A stretch of DNA of 64,000 nucleotides, taken from an uncultured Bryobacterales bacterium. Its GTDB lineage: Bacteria > Acidobacteriota > Terriglobia > Bryobacterales > UBA6623. The translations under genes were made by a program, and so were the position numbers. Of the stretch, positions 39,414-48,709 are shown piece by piece (position 1 is the stretch's first letter; each line of letters starts with the position of its first letter). The stretch covers positions 11,468 through 75,467 of the forward strand of contig CAYWUV010000006.1 of assembly GCA_964461235.1 (NCBI GenBank), in the 5' to 3' direction. Under the pieces are notes generated by a model, which had not been told where the DNA came from, did no database searches, and saw only the letters and a program-made list of their open reading frames with translations.

Positions 39414-41362
39414 CAGTGGTAGTACGCCATGCACCCGGGCTCGACTTTCTGCAGGAGACCCGGCGGGTAGTCGCGGGCGCTCCAGAACTCCTTGATCGCT
39501 TGGCAGTTGACGACCGTTGAGACCCCCTCGGATGCTGCCAGCTCGTAGCTCCGCCGCAGGGCGGGTGCGAAGTCGCTGGCTTGGGTGACGTATTCGCCAC
39601 GCGCTCCGAGCGCCTCGCCGATCTTCTCGTAGCGGAGGTTCTCCTGGAACAAATACATGTGCTGCGCCTTGGCCGTTCCGCTCCGTCCTCCGCTTTCGCC
39701 GCCCCGCCAAACGCCCCAAGCGTTGTTGTTGTAGACGACGAGGACCGCCGGAATTCGGTACTTACTCAGCGTCTCCACCTCCATCCCCGAGTAGGCGAAG
39801 CCCGCGTCGCCCGTTACTGCGAGGACCGGGGATCCCTTGTAGGGCGCCTGAGGTCCGGTGCCTTGCTGGACCGAAGCGCCCACGCCCACGGTGTATCCGA
39901 TGTCCGGTCCGATGGCTCCGTACTGATAGGCGCCGTTACAGATCTGGCCGGGCCGGAAGGCGCGCAGGCGCCGGCGCGTGTAGCGCGCGATTCCGTAGCC
40001 GCCCGACACAACGGTGGTTTGCTCCCGCGGGATGCTGCTGTTGTAGAGCAGGTCCGAGATTCCCTTCGCGATCACCGCCGGATGGACACACTCGGCGTGC
40101 TCGCTGTATTGCAGGCCGAGCTTGTAATGCTCGTCGTTCTCGGCTTCGAAGGCGGCCCGGGCCGCCGCTAGCTCGTCTCGCCAGGCCGGGCGCTTTCTGC
40201 TGGGAAGCTCCTCGGCCAGCGCCTCCAGGGCCGCCTTCTCGCAGCTGACGATCCCGAGATCGATCGGGAGATTGCGGCCGATATCGGCCGCTTCCGGGTC
40301 AATCCGCAGGTAGGTGGCGTCCGGGTCAAAGGAGTACTCGCCGATATTCGGCATGCAGTACTGGCCGACCAGAGCGACGAGGTCAGCGCTGAGCAGGGCG
40401 TCCGGCGCCGTGCTGGCGGACAGAGGGTGATCGTCGCTGAAGTGCCCTCGGCTCGGCCCCGACTCGACCACGGCAATGTCCCCTTTTTCAGCGACAGCCC
40501 TGAGGGCGTCCCAGGCCTTGCTGTAGAACACCCCGGCGCTGGCAACGATGATCGGCCGCTCCGCCTTGTCGATCAAGGCGACCGCCTTCGCGATGTCCTT
40601 TGGCGAGGGATGCGGCCTCGAGTCGGTCCGGTACTTCGACTTGTCATGGAAGTACCTCAGATCCTCGGAGCTCTCGAACCGGTTTCGCGCGACCTCACCC
40701 GGGAAGTCGAGATGGACCGGCCTCGGGATGCCCGTCTTCAGCTGGCGAAAGGCATAGCCCGCGTACTCGTGGACGCGCTCCGGGTTGATCAGGCGCTTCC
40801 CGTACTTCTTCATGCCCTCGGTCGTGGGCTGCTGGTACACCCGCTGGATGCCGTGCTCGGTGTCTTCCAGCCCCAGCGTCATGTTGCTCGCAAGCACCAG
40901 CAGGGGCGACCGCGCCGCGTTCGCGCACGCGACGTTCATGATCATGTTGGTGAATCCGGGCCCCTCCGTACCGGACGCGGCGGCCACCTCGCCGGTCACG
41001 CGGGCGAAGCCGTCCGCGGCGGCGCACATCATGCCTTCGGTGCGCCCGCCGTAGCACGGGATTCCCTCGGAGGCGATGGCGTTGATGACGACGTAGTTGC
41101 CCGGGGCGCAGAAGAGGGCTGCGAGGCCTTCCTCCTTGCAGGCCTTGGCGAACACCTGGGCGCCCGTCATCGGGAAGACGGCGGGGTTGGCATCCTCCGA
41201 GAGGCTTGCAGGCACTTCCTTCGGGATCTGGATATTCGGGTCGCGACGCTCTGTGGTGGAGGCTTGCGTCGCCGCGCCGGCCGCGACCGCAGCGGCAGCG
41301 CCCTTCGCCACGAAATTCCGCCTGGACACCGGGGCTACCGACCCGTCCTGCTTGCTTGGCAT
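39413..41362 (-). CDS. thiamine-pyrophosphate-dependent enzyme (acetolactate synthase/POX superfamily) with an N-terminal twin-arginine signal
   Basis: 649 aa. The N-terminal [23 protein letters not shown] matches S-R-R-x-F-[LV]-K followed by a hydrophobic region. The TPP motif [34 protein letters not shown] follows the GDG-x24-27-NN pattern. Confidence 0.85.
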   Translation of the reverse strand: MPSKQDGSVAPVSRRNFVAKGAAAAVAAGAATQASTTERRDPNIQIPKEVPASLSEDANPAVFPMTGAQVFAKACKEEGLAALFCAPGNYVVINAIASEGIPCYGGRTEGMMCAAADGFARVTGEVAAASGTEGPGFTNMIMNVACANAARSPLLVLASNMTLGLEDTEHGIQRVYQQPTTEGMKKYGKRLINPERVHEYAGYAFRQLKTGIPRPVHLDFPGEVARNRFESSEDLRYFHDKSKYRTDSRPHPSPKDIAKAVALIDKAERPIIVASAGVFYSKAWDALRAVAEKGDIAVVESGPSRGHFSDDHPLSASTAPDALLSADLVALVGQYCMPNIGEYSFDPDATYLRIDPEAADIGRNLPIDLGIVSCEKAALEALAEELPSRKRPAWRDELAAARAAFEAENDEHYKLGLQYSEHAECVHPAVIAKGISDLLYNSSIPREQTTVVSGGYGIARYTRRRLRAFRPGQICNGAYQYGAIGPDIGYTVGVGASVQQGTGPQAPYKGSPVLAVTGDAGFAYSGMEVETLSKYRIPAVLVVYNNNAWGVWRGGESGGRSGTAKAQHMYLFQENLRYEKIGEALGARGEYVTQASDFAPALRRSYELAASEGVSTVVNCQAIKEFWSARDYPPGLLQKVEPGCMAYYH

Positions 41363-41397
41363 GGTTGATTCCCTTCCGGCTGCGCTTGTCTACGCCC

Positions 41398-41910
41398 CTA
41401 TCTCTGGCTCTTGACGGGCCGCAATTCCGCCGGCCCGATGCTGCGCACGTAGTGCACCAGTTCCCAGACTTGGTCGTCCGTCAACTGCTTGCCGAATGGC
41501 GGCATGTCGTGGCCTGCCCCGTCGCGGACCGAGACGAAGAGCTCGCCATCGGTACGGCCGTAACGCCATTGATTCGGGTCCCGCAGGCTGGGTGCCTCGA
41601 AGTCGGGGTTCGCCTGCGCCCGGCCGTCCGCTCCATGGCAGTACTGGCACAGGCGCAGGTAGGTCTTGCGCCCTTCCTTGGCGACGGCGGCCGAATACGC
41701 CACCGGATTTCGGAGCTTGCTGGCCTCCTCCGCAGACGGTCGCTCGGCTCCGAGCAGGGCTTGGGGCATGCACGCGAGCGCGAATAGCGTGCAAGATCCG
41801 GCCAGCCACCTTGGCGTGCTCGTGCGAGCCAATGGTTCGGGCCGGTTCGGAACGGGCACGCCAATGCCCCGCATCCGATAGCTTAGTCTCGGCTGGCCGC
41901 CGCTCCGCAT
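41398..41910 (-). CDS. class I c-type cytochrome (mono-haem)
   Basis: CQYCH is a haem-binding site and GHDMPPFG is a distal Met region. A signal-like WLAGSCTLFALACMPQALLGA is present. The start may be MRGIGV at 41874. Confidence 0.8.
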   Translation of the reverse strand: MRSGGQPRLSYRMRGIGVPVPNRPEPLARTSTPRWLAGSCTLFALACMPQALLGAERPSAEEASKLRNPVAYSAAVAKEGRKTYLRLCQYCHGADGRAQANPDFEAPSLRDPNQWRYGRTDGELFVSVRDGAGHDMPPFGKQLTDDQVWELVHYVRSIGPAELRPVKSQR

Positions 41911-42106
41911 CCGGCATCGACAGCATACCGGAGGTACGGGATCGCTGCCAAGGCGGCCGCATGCCGGCCCCAGACGAAAAACGCCGGCCCGCTTGCGCGG
42001 GCCGGCGTAGGAAAAAGGTGCCGGAGGGGTGGTTTCAGGGGTCTTGGTTGAGGATTATAGTATGCGTTGGTGGGGTTGACCCCCCCGGCAGTCATTACGA
42101 TACAGG

Positions 42107-42158
42107 AATTCATATGAATTGGCAAGCGGAAATTCAAAAAACTGTAGATTTTTTCCGC
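42107..42158. promoter_or_regulatory. AT-rich intergenic segment with a 14-bp perfect palindrome and a 7-bp inverted repeat
   Basis: AATTCATATGAATT lies at 42107..42120. GCGGAAA (42126..42132) pairs with TTTCCGC (42152..42158). The segment is ~200-250 bp upstream of the cytochrome c start. Confidence 0.3.
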
Positions 42159-42255
42159 AACACGGTCGCAAATGATGCAATCAACTGAAATTAAGTCACT
42201 TATCTAGCAAGTGGCGTGCGTGGGAGATTGCCGTTGAATGTCCGCAGTGTGGAAT

Positions 42256-43074
42256 TCAGCGCGGAACGAGCGCAACCGGCCGGATCGGCGAGCCGGTTCC
42301 TCCCAGGATTCGCAACGGAGAGCCGGCGAACAGGAACTCGCTGACTCGTTCCGAGGAGAGTCCCTCGAGATCCAGTGCCTCGATGATGTGAATTCCGCTC
42401 TCCACCAGCAGGTGGACATGCACCGGCATCGTCGGTGCAGGCTGGAACTCGAAAGCGATGGTGTCGGAGCCTCCCGCGAACACCCCTTTCCGGCTCAGCC
42501 ACTCCGCGGCCTCGCGGTTCACGCCGGGGCAGCGCAGGCCGTTAATGAACCGGCCCGGCTCGTTCCAGTACTGCGCCCAGCCGGTCCGGATGAGCACGAT
42601 GTCGCCTGGCTCTGCTTCGATCTCCGCGCGATTCATGGCCGACTCAAGGCAGTCGGCGTCCACGACGAAGTCCTCGGGCAGCACGTCGAGGCCCTGGGCG
42701 GCGGCGACGTCGACAAGGATTCCGCGGCGGAAGATGGGCTTGATCGTATCGACATTGTGCTCGGAAAGACCGGAGCTATAGGACTGGCAGCCGAGGGCGT
42801 CGGCCCCTCCGAACAGCCTGCCTTGGAAGGCAAAGTGGCAGAGCGCGTCGATATGGGTGCCAACGTGGCCTCCGAGGGCAATCGATTCCGCTGCCGCACT
42901 GACGTCGTGGCGGGAGAACTCGCCGTGGGCCTTGCTCAGCCCGTACAGGAACGGTGGGTGATGCGGATGGTGCGGCATGCCCACGTAGTAGGGCTGAGCC
43001 AGGTCAATCGTCCGGCATTCCCGAAGGTTTTCCAGCAGGTCTCGCATTGCCGTGCATTCTACCCGCGCGGGCAC
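42256..43074 (-). CDS. cyclase-family protein (kynurenine formamidase-like)
   Basis: 272 aa. GGHVGTHIDALCHF is the HxGTHxDxPxH-type motif. An alternative start is MRDLLENL at 43047. Confidence 0.8.
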   Translation of the reverse strand: MPARVECTAMRDLLENLRECRTIDLAQPYYVGMPHHPHHPPFLYGLSKAHGEFSRHDVSAAAESIALGGHVGTHIDALCHFAFQGRLFGGADALGCQSYSSGLSEHNVDTIKPIFRRGILVDVAAAQGLDVLPEDFVVDADCLESAMNRAEIEAEPGDIVLIRTGWAQYWNEPGRFINGLRCPGVNREAAEWLSRKGVFAGGSDTIAFEFQPAPTMPVHVHLLVESGIHIIEALDLEGLSSERVSEFLFAGSPLRILGGTGSPIRPVALVPR

Positions 43075-43516
43075 GGAGGTCCCGCCCGACCTGCTCGGAG
43101 TTGCTACGATGACGGGTTCCGGTAGTCCTCATCTCCAAGAACTCGGTGCACCAAACGGCGTGCGCTGTCCGCGATCTTCACGACTCAGACACGGTCAGGA
43201 TGATGTACGCGGAAGCGTTCAAACCCCGTGCGGATACCGCTTGGGACAACGCTGCGAACGGAGTCGATGATGCTCGGGAGACAGCGGGGCCGGAAGTCCA
43301 GTAGCCGAAGGAGAGTCCCTTGTGGGTAGCGTCCATCTAGGCCCAGCCGGTCCGCAAGGAAGGATTCCGGAGCGAGAACGGCCCGAATCCCCAAGCCCAA
43401 GCATCGACCAAGACGGGCAACGTGGTCGTGGGTGTCCACCAGGCTTGCCGACCACAGCCGGCACTGCCAGACGTTCCACTGCCGTGGGGCAGAGGAACCA
43501 CGAGAGTATCTCCGCA

Positions 43517-44212
43517 GTGCGGTCGGTTTCATCTGCAGTTCCGTTCCGGTGCGGCCTCGCAGGGAAGAGGAACTTCGCGCTGGGGCTGTTCCTGCTGATA
43601 ACGGGATCGCTCGCGGCAGAAGATCTTGAATCCTGGTCAGAAGCCAGGCTCAAGGTTCTCGATACGGGTCGTGTCGAACTGACAGTCGGTGGCGTCGCCC
43701 GCGTCCGGGACTCGCTGGGCAGTCTCTACGATCGGCGGGCTACGGCCGAGGCGGGCGTCGCGCTCACCGATCGCTTCCGTGCCAGGCTCGGCTATGTCTT
43801 GCGGCATCACGACCCACGACGATTCGGCTTCGGCTCGGACCACCGGTTCGTCGCGGGCCTGACGTACCCGATCCTCCAGCAGTCCGTCTCGGTGGAAGGG
43901 ACCACTCTCTACGAGCGCCATGTTGGCCAGCCGGACGTCCCCGATTTCAATCGCTACCGCCAGCAGGTCGACGTTGAGCAGGTCAGCGCCAGGGTGTCCC
44001 CGTGGCTGCATCAGTCGCTGGCCTTTGAACGCGAGGGTTTCTTTCGATCCCGGTCAAGGGCCGGTTTCCGGTGGCGCATTGCGTCTGGCCATTCGCTTCG
44101 GTGCGCGTATCAGTTCGAGTCTATCGACTCTGGTACCTCCCGGCGTCCCCGGCATGCCATCATTTCGGAGTGGAGATACGATCTGGTTCCAATAGAAAGG
44201 GGCCTGCGGTAG
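43517..44212 (+). CDS. DUF2490-like outer-membrane beta-barrel protein
   Basis: C-terminal ~230 aa of ORF 43322..44212. A GTG at 43517 gives the signal peptide KRNFALGLFLLITGSLAA. The rest has an alternating beta-strand pattern. The family assignment is from memory and uncertain. Confidence 0.5.
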   Translation: MRSVSSAVPFRCGLAGKRNFALGLFLLITGSLAAEDLESWSEARLKVLDTGRVELTVGGVARVRDSLGSLYDRRATAEAGVALTDRFRARLGYVLRHHDPRRFGFGSDHRFVAGLTYPILQQSVSVEGTTLYERHVGQPDVPDFNRYRQQVDVEQVSARVSPWLHQSLAFEREGFFRSRSRAGFRWRIASGHSLRCAYQFESIDSGTSRRPRHAIISEWRYDLVPIERGLR

Positions 44213-44386
44213 TTCGCAACGCCGTCTCGACAAAGTGGGTGACCGGTTATCTCGGCCGTTCAATGTGAGCTGCCCGCCGCTTGATTCTGGGAAGCGGATG
44301 GCCTGTTAGTCCGGTCCGGTCGTACCAGCAGGCGGTATGATGATTTCGGAGCTGCGCATAGGCACCCTGGCGACACAGGCCGCGGT

Positions 44387-45154
44387 GTGCGGGCGTCCAG
44401 CCCGGTAGTGTCCATGAATTCAAGCTTTAGCGGGCAATCTGTCCCCGTCGACAAGCGCTTTGTCCTCTGCTATGCACCGGCAGCCGCGCACGAGGACTGG
44501 GACAAGTCCTATTACGCCGCTGCCCGTGCGCGCGAAGCGCTGGCAGCGATCCGCGACGATCTCGAATCGTTCTTCTGGCGCTTCGTCGTGACCCGACGGG
44601 TCGTCCCCGGCGCCCTGTCCCTTTTGGCTGCGATCGCGGTTCTCGCGTGGTGGGCCCTTTCCACCTTCGGACGGTGGACCGAGCTGGGATTCGCTGTGCG
44701 GTACCTCCCTCCGTTCGTCGCCTTGGTGTTCCTCGTGATCGCGAGCTCGCGCCTCGCGGCGTTCCGCAAGCGTCTCTCGATGTGGAGAGGTTCCTGCAAG
44801 GCGGTAGTCGCCGACGAGCTGGCCGCGATTCGCGAAATCGTCGAGACTCTCCCGGAAGACCCGGACGCGGAAGAGGCCGCCGAGGTCGTGCGACGGGAAT
44901 GCCCGGGCCCGATTTCCGAAATCGCCTTTTACGGCCACAACTTCAAGGCGTTCACGTATATGGATTTCGTGCTCAGCCCGAAGCTGCGGCACCCTGCCGA
45001 GAAGGCCGACCTGCCGCAGAAGCACAGTCTGTACCGCGACGCCTACTACGTGGGGGACGTGGTCTACGACAACTGGCGGATGTTCCAGAAGGACCGCCGG
45101 GCGCACGTGGACCCAAGGTTCGTGGGCAGTGGCGGCCGCCGGGGCGTGATCTAG
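44387..45154 (+). CDS. hypothetical membrane protein (two predicted TM helices)
   Basis: 255-aa ORF with hydrophobic stretches VVPGALSLLAAIAVLAWWAL and LPPFVALVFLVIASSRLAAF. I recognise no family. An alternative start is at 44414. Confidence 0.5.
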   Translation: MRASSPVVSMNSSFSGQSVPVDKRFVLCYAPAAAHEDWDKSYYAAARAREALAAIRDDLESFFWRFVVTRRVVPGALSLLAAIAVLAWWALSTFGRWTELGFAVRYLPPFVALVFLVIASSRLAAFRKRLSMWRGSCKAVVADELAAIREIVETLPEDPDAEEAAEVVRRECPGPISEIAFYGHNFKAFTYMDFVLSPKLRHPAEKADLPQKHSLYRDAYYVGDVVYDNWRMFQKDRRAHVDPRFVGSGGRRGVI

Positions 45155-46326
45155 CTTCCTGACTCCCGGGACCTGCGCAGGACCACGAGGGGGTGTTCCC
45201 GGTCCGTCAGGGGGAAGTCCTTGACCGCGTGGCCCAGCTGCGACGCATACATGCCCTGGGTCATCTCAATGGTCCAGCGCCCTGCACGCTCGCTGCAAGC
45301 GGGCTCCCGGTTCTGCTCGATGGAATCGAGCAGGTCTTCCACCATCAGGGCGTTCGCCGTCAGGTAGCGGTCGTCGCCGAAACTGCGGTGCTCAGGTTCG
45401 AGCGGCTCCCACTCATTGTCGTTGTCGGGTATCCACGCGGGGCTGCGCAGGATGAAGCCTTCCGAGTCCGCCCCGTAGATCTGATTGGGCAGGAAAATCC
45501 GCCCCTTGGTGCCGTAGACATGGGTGCCGAAGCGCCACGGGTGCGTCACGCCGGACTTCTTCGTGCCGAAGAAGCCATGCCGGCCGCTCCCGAAGGAGAA
45601 CATCGCACTCATCTGACGTCCGGCCACCGGCCCGATGGGCTCCCTGGGCTTGGTCAGGTGGTCGAACTCGAGTTCTTGGCCGTCCGTAGTGACATGCGCG
45701 AAGACCCACTGCGGATCGCCCAGGACCGCCCGCATCATGTCGAAAATGTGCGATCCCAGTACGACTAGGTCCTCCCCGCCCGCCCGGAAGTCTTCCTTGC
45801 CGCGGCCGCGAACCTCGTGGATTTCGCCGATCTCGCCCGCCGAGATCAGTGCGAGAGCCTTCAAGGTGAAGGGGGATCGGCGCATTTGATGCGCGATCTG
45901 GACCCTAACCCCGGCCTCGCGAATCGCCTTGACCATCCGGTCAGCGTCGGTGAGTGTTCCCGCGAACGGCTTCTCCAAGTACATATGACAGCCGGCCCGG
46001 GCGGCAGCCGTGACCATCTCCAGCCGCTGGTCGGTGTGCCGGGGGCAGATGCTGACGATGTCCGGCTTCTCCCTGTCCAGCAACTCGCGGTAGTCGGCGT
46101 ACGCCTTCCCCGCGCCAGTACGCTCCTGTGCTCTGGCCCGGCCCTCGGAGTCGGGGTCGGCCACTGCGACGACCTGGGTCTGCGGGAATGCAGGCCACAC
46201 GTCGCCGATCCCATGGCCGTAGTTTCCGCGGCCTGTATGGCCAATCACGCCCACCCGGTAGCGGGGCGCGGCGCGGAGGGGAACGGCCGCCGCGCCGGAG
46301 GCGGCCAGGAAGTGCCTGCGGAGCAT
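45151..46326 (-). CDS. Gfo/Idh/MocA-family oxidoreductase with Tat signal
   Basis: 391 aa. MLRRHFLAASGAAAVPLRAA is a twin-arginine signal. YRVGVIGHTGRGNYGH is a Rossmann N-terminus. Confidence 0.85.
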   Translation of the reverse strand: MLRRHFLAASGAAAVPLRAAPRYRVGVIGHTGRGNYGHGIGDVWPAFPQTQVVAVADPDSEGRARAQERTGAGKAYADYRELLDREKPDIVSICPRHTDQRLEMVTAAARAGCHMYLEKPFAGTLTDADRMVKAIREAGVRVQIAHQMRRSPFTLKALALISAGEIGEIHEVRGRGKEDFRAGGEDLVVLGSHIFDMMRAVLGDPQWVFAHVTTDGQELEFDHLTKPREPIGPVAGRQMSAMFSFGSGRHGFFGTKKSGVTHPWRFGTHVYGTKGRIFLPNQIYGADSEGFILRSPAWIPDNDNEWEPLEPEHRSFGDDRYLTANALMVEDLLDSIEQNREPACSERAGRWTIEMTQGMYASQLGHAVKDFPLTDREHPLVVLRRSRESGS

Positions 46327-46395
46327 GGCCCGACTATACCAGCAGGGGGTCCCGGAAGGGGCCGGGACACAATCGCCGGGCCGGGGGCCGTGGGG

Positions 46396-46839
46396 CTATT
46401 CTTCGGGGTGGACCACCGCCTTGCCGGCGGCCTTCCAGGCCTCGATGCCCCCTGACTGGATCTCGCCCTCGTAGCCGTTGTCGCGAAGGATGGCCGCCGC
46501 ACGGGAGGCCCTGCCGCCGCGCCGTCAATAGGCCACGATCGGCTTGTCCGTCGGGACTTCCGCCAGTCGCGCCTCCAGCTCGTCGATGGGAATGTGCAAG
46601 TAGCCCTCGATCGCCCCGTCCGTGACGAGTTCCTCGTGAGTCCGCACGTCCAGAAGAGTGATCTCCTCGCCGGCTGCCAGTCGTGCCGACACCTGCTCCA
46701 CGTCCAGCTCCGTCGCTTCGACCGGCGGACTCTCCGCTGGCTCCGTTGCGGCAGCATCCTCGGGTTCCGGCGCGCCTTGGCAGGCCACCACCGTCAAGGC
46801 GAATGCCGCTAGAATTGCTGCCCGGATTACGCGTCTCAT
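46396..46839 (-). CDS. rhodanese-domain lipoprotein with an in-frame TGA (46525..46527) at the catalytic Cys position: selenocysteine candidate or fresh pseudogene
   Basis: ORF 46525..46839 ends ...DKPIVAY-TGA. The same frame continues RRGGRASRAAAILRDNGYEGEIQSGGIEAWKAAGKAVVHPEE-TAG (stop at 46396..46398). This is the rest of a rhodanese domain. The N-terminal lipobox is LTVVAC. Confidence 0.7.
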
Positions 46840-46852
46840 GGAACGCTCCTTT

Positions 46853-47755
46853 CTAGGCTCCCCAGCCCCGTGTCGAGGCCTCGGGGATCTTTCGGATCAG
46901 GTCCGCTAGCTCGTACCTGTTCTCGGCTCCGATCGTGAAGCAGTCGATGCAGTCCAGCGCCATCGCGTGCTGCAACGCTTCGCCGACGCGGTTGCGCAGG
47001 ACTCCTTCGCCGAGGATCTTCATGCCGATCACGCCCTTGCCGGCGGCCTTGATCTTGCACAACTCCTCGACCACGGTCGCCGGGTCGGCGTCCATCCTCG
47101 CACCGACCGCGTTGACACGTGCCAAGTCCACGTCAATGAACTCCTGCTTGTGCACCTGCTGGAGTGCCGGAAGGGAGTGGCACGAGATACCCCGGGACCG
47201 AACGAGTCCCTTCTGCTTGTATTCGTTGATCACATCCATCGCGCCAGCGCGCTGGACGGGCCAGTCCTGCTCCTGGACCGCATGCAGCAGGAGCAAGTCG
47301 ATGTAGTCCGTCCCCAGCTCCCTCCGGAAGCGCTCGATATCGTCGCGCATGCCCTTGGCCGTCTTCGAGGTGGACTTGGTCATGATGACCACCTTTTCGC
47401 GGGGGATGTGCTGGAGCGCAGTCTTGAGGTGCGGATGGCTGCCGTAGCCGTCCGCGGTGTCCCAGAAGGTGACGCCGTTGTCGAAGCCGAATTGGTAAAG
47501 GTCGACGATACCGCGAACTCCGAGCTTGCGCGTCTGGTTGGACGCCCCCCGGAATCCGCTCGTCCCTGTTCCCATGGCGAGCCTCGACGGACGCAGGCCG
47601 TGCGGTCCAAGAGAGACCGTGTCCTGGGCATACCGTCTCGTCGGGTTCTCGGAATAACCCGTCGTAGCCCCGAACAGATGCTGCTGGACAGCGGCTACCG
47701 GGGCTCCGGCGGCCAGAGCATGACGAATGAAGTCCCGTCGCTTCATGGTGGACAT
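46853..47755 (-). CDS. aldo/keto reductase with Tat signal
   Basis: 300 aa. MSTMKRRDFIRHALAAGAPVAA is a twin-arginine signal. The AKR pattern is FWDTADGYG...IDLLLLH. Confidence 0.85.
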   Translation of the reverse strand: MSTMKRRDFIRHALAAGAPVAAVQQHLFGATTGYSENPTRRYAQDTVSLGPHGLRPSRLAMGTGTSGFRGASNQTRKLGVRGIVDLYQFGFDNGVTFWDTADGYGSHPHLKTALQHIPREKVVIMTKSTSKTAKGMRDDIERFRRELGTDYIDLLLLHAVQEQDWPVQRAGAMDVINEYKQKGLVRSRGISCHSLPALQQVHKQEFIDVDLARVNAVGARMDADPATVVEELCKIKAAGKGVIGMKILGEGVLRNRVGEALQHAMALDCIDCFTIGAENRYELADLIRKIPEASTRGWGA

Positions 47756-47907
47756 CCGGTAGTCAGGCTATCACACCGGCAGGACTCAGTATGCGCAATC
47801 GCCCGGCGGACTCGCCATGGAGCAGACGGGCCGAGCCGGGACGCTACGAGTGCTGGAATGCGGCGGGCGTCTTGCCGGGACGCCCGTCGCGGGATCGATC
47901 CGTGCAG

Positions 47908-48696
47908 CTAGTCGCTGGGGGTGATTCGCAGGTTGCGGTAGTGGGCTACTGTCGAGCCCTCCAGCCAAAGGGCCACTTGCCCGGTCGCGTCGGCACCCGA
48001 CTTCACGTCATTCACGATCAGCGTCGGCTGCTCGGCCCCGTTGACATGGATGCGGGCCTTCTCGCCGTCTACCACGATCTTGATGGGGATCCACTCGCCC
48101 GGGACGATGTCCGCGTACGTTTCGTACTTGCTCGGCGTCTCGCTACGGAAGCGGTACCAGGTCCACTCCGGGTGCGAAATGTACTGCACCGTATGATTGC
48201 GCCGCTCCTGGTCGTCGGCCCGGCCATTGGTGGGCCGGAGATAGAAGCAGTCGTAGGTCTTGCGATCATCCTGAATCCTCCAGGCGATGCCCACGAAACC
48301 GCGCGCACCGCCTTGGGCTCCCGGTGCCGGCTGCCCGGACACTTCCACCTCAATCGTGCCATTGCCGAATTCCACATCCTCGACGATCGCGAGATGGTTC
48401 GTGCGGAGGCTCTCGAACGTGCCCGGGCCTCTCGGCTGCTCGCCCCGAGCCCGCATGGCTGCCAACATCTCCTGGCGTTTGGCCGCGGCCGCTTTCAGAA
48501 CCTCCGGGTCGCCACTGACCTTTAGTCCCTTCTTTCCGTCCAGAGTGTCGGCAACAGCTTCCACGTTGACAAGTTCGAGCCCTTCCGGCGAGTCCAGGGC
48601 TAGGTCGGCCGCGAGGCCTGGAAAGGCGACCAGGGCCAAGGCCAGTGCCGCCAGCGCTAGGTAGATACGGTGGTTGTTCGTCACGATGGTCTCCAA
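47908..48696 (-). CDS. secreted LamG/concanavalin-A-like (DUF1080-related) jelly-roll protein
   Basis: 262 aa with a signal peptide. The pattern FGNGTIEVEV...GFVGIAWRIQD...YDCFYLRP...IHVNG...VALWLEGSTVAHYRNLRI is present. The family assignment is approximate. Confidence 0.55.
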   Translation of the reverse strand: METIVTNNHRIYLALAALALALVAFPGLAADLALDSPEGLELVNVEAVADTLDGKKGLKVSGDPEVLKAAAAKRQEMLAAMRARGEQPRGPGTFESLRTNHLAIVEDVEFGNGTIEVEVSGQPAPGAQGGARGFVGIAWRIQDDRKTYDCFYLRPTNGRADDQERRNHTVQYISHPEWTWYRFRSETPSKYETYADIVPGEWIPIKIVVDGEKARIHVNGAEQPTLIVNDVKSGADATGQVALWLEGSTVAHYRNLRITPSD

Positions 48697-48709
48697 GGGC
48701 GGTGGGGGA

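Noticed and set aside
46245-46757. 170-aa ORF overlapping the rhodanese gene in another frame.
   Set aside because: It is an Arg/Pro-rich shadow frame. The rhodanese frame carries the domain signature on both sides of the TGA.
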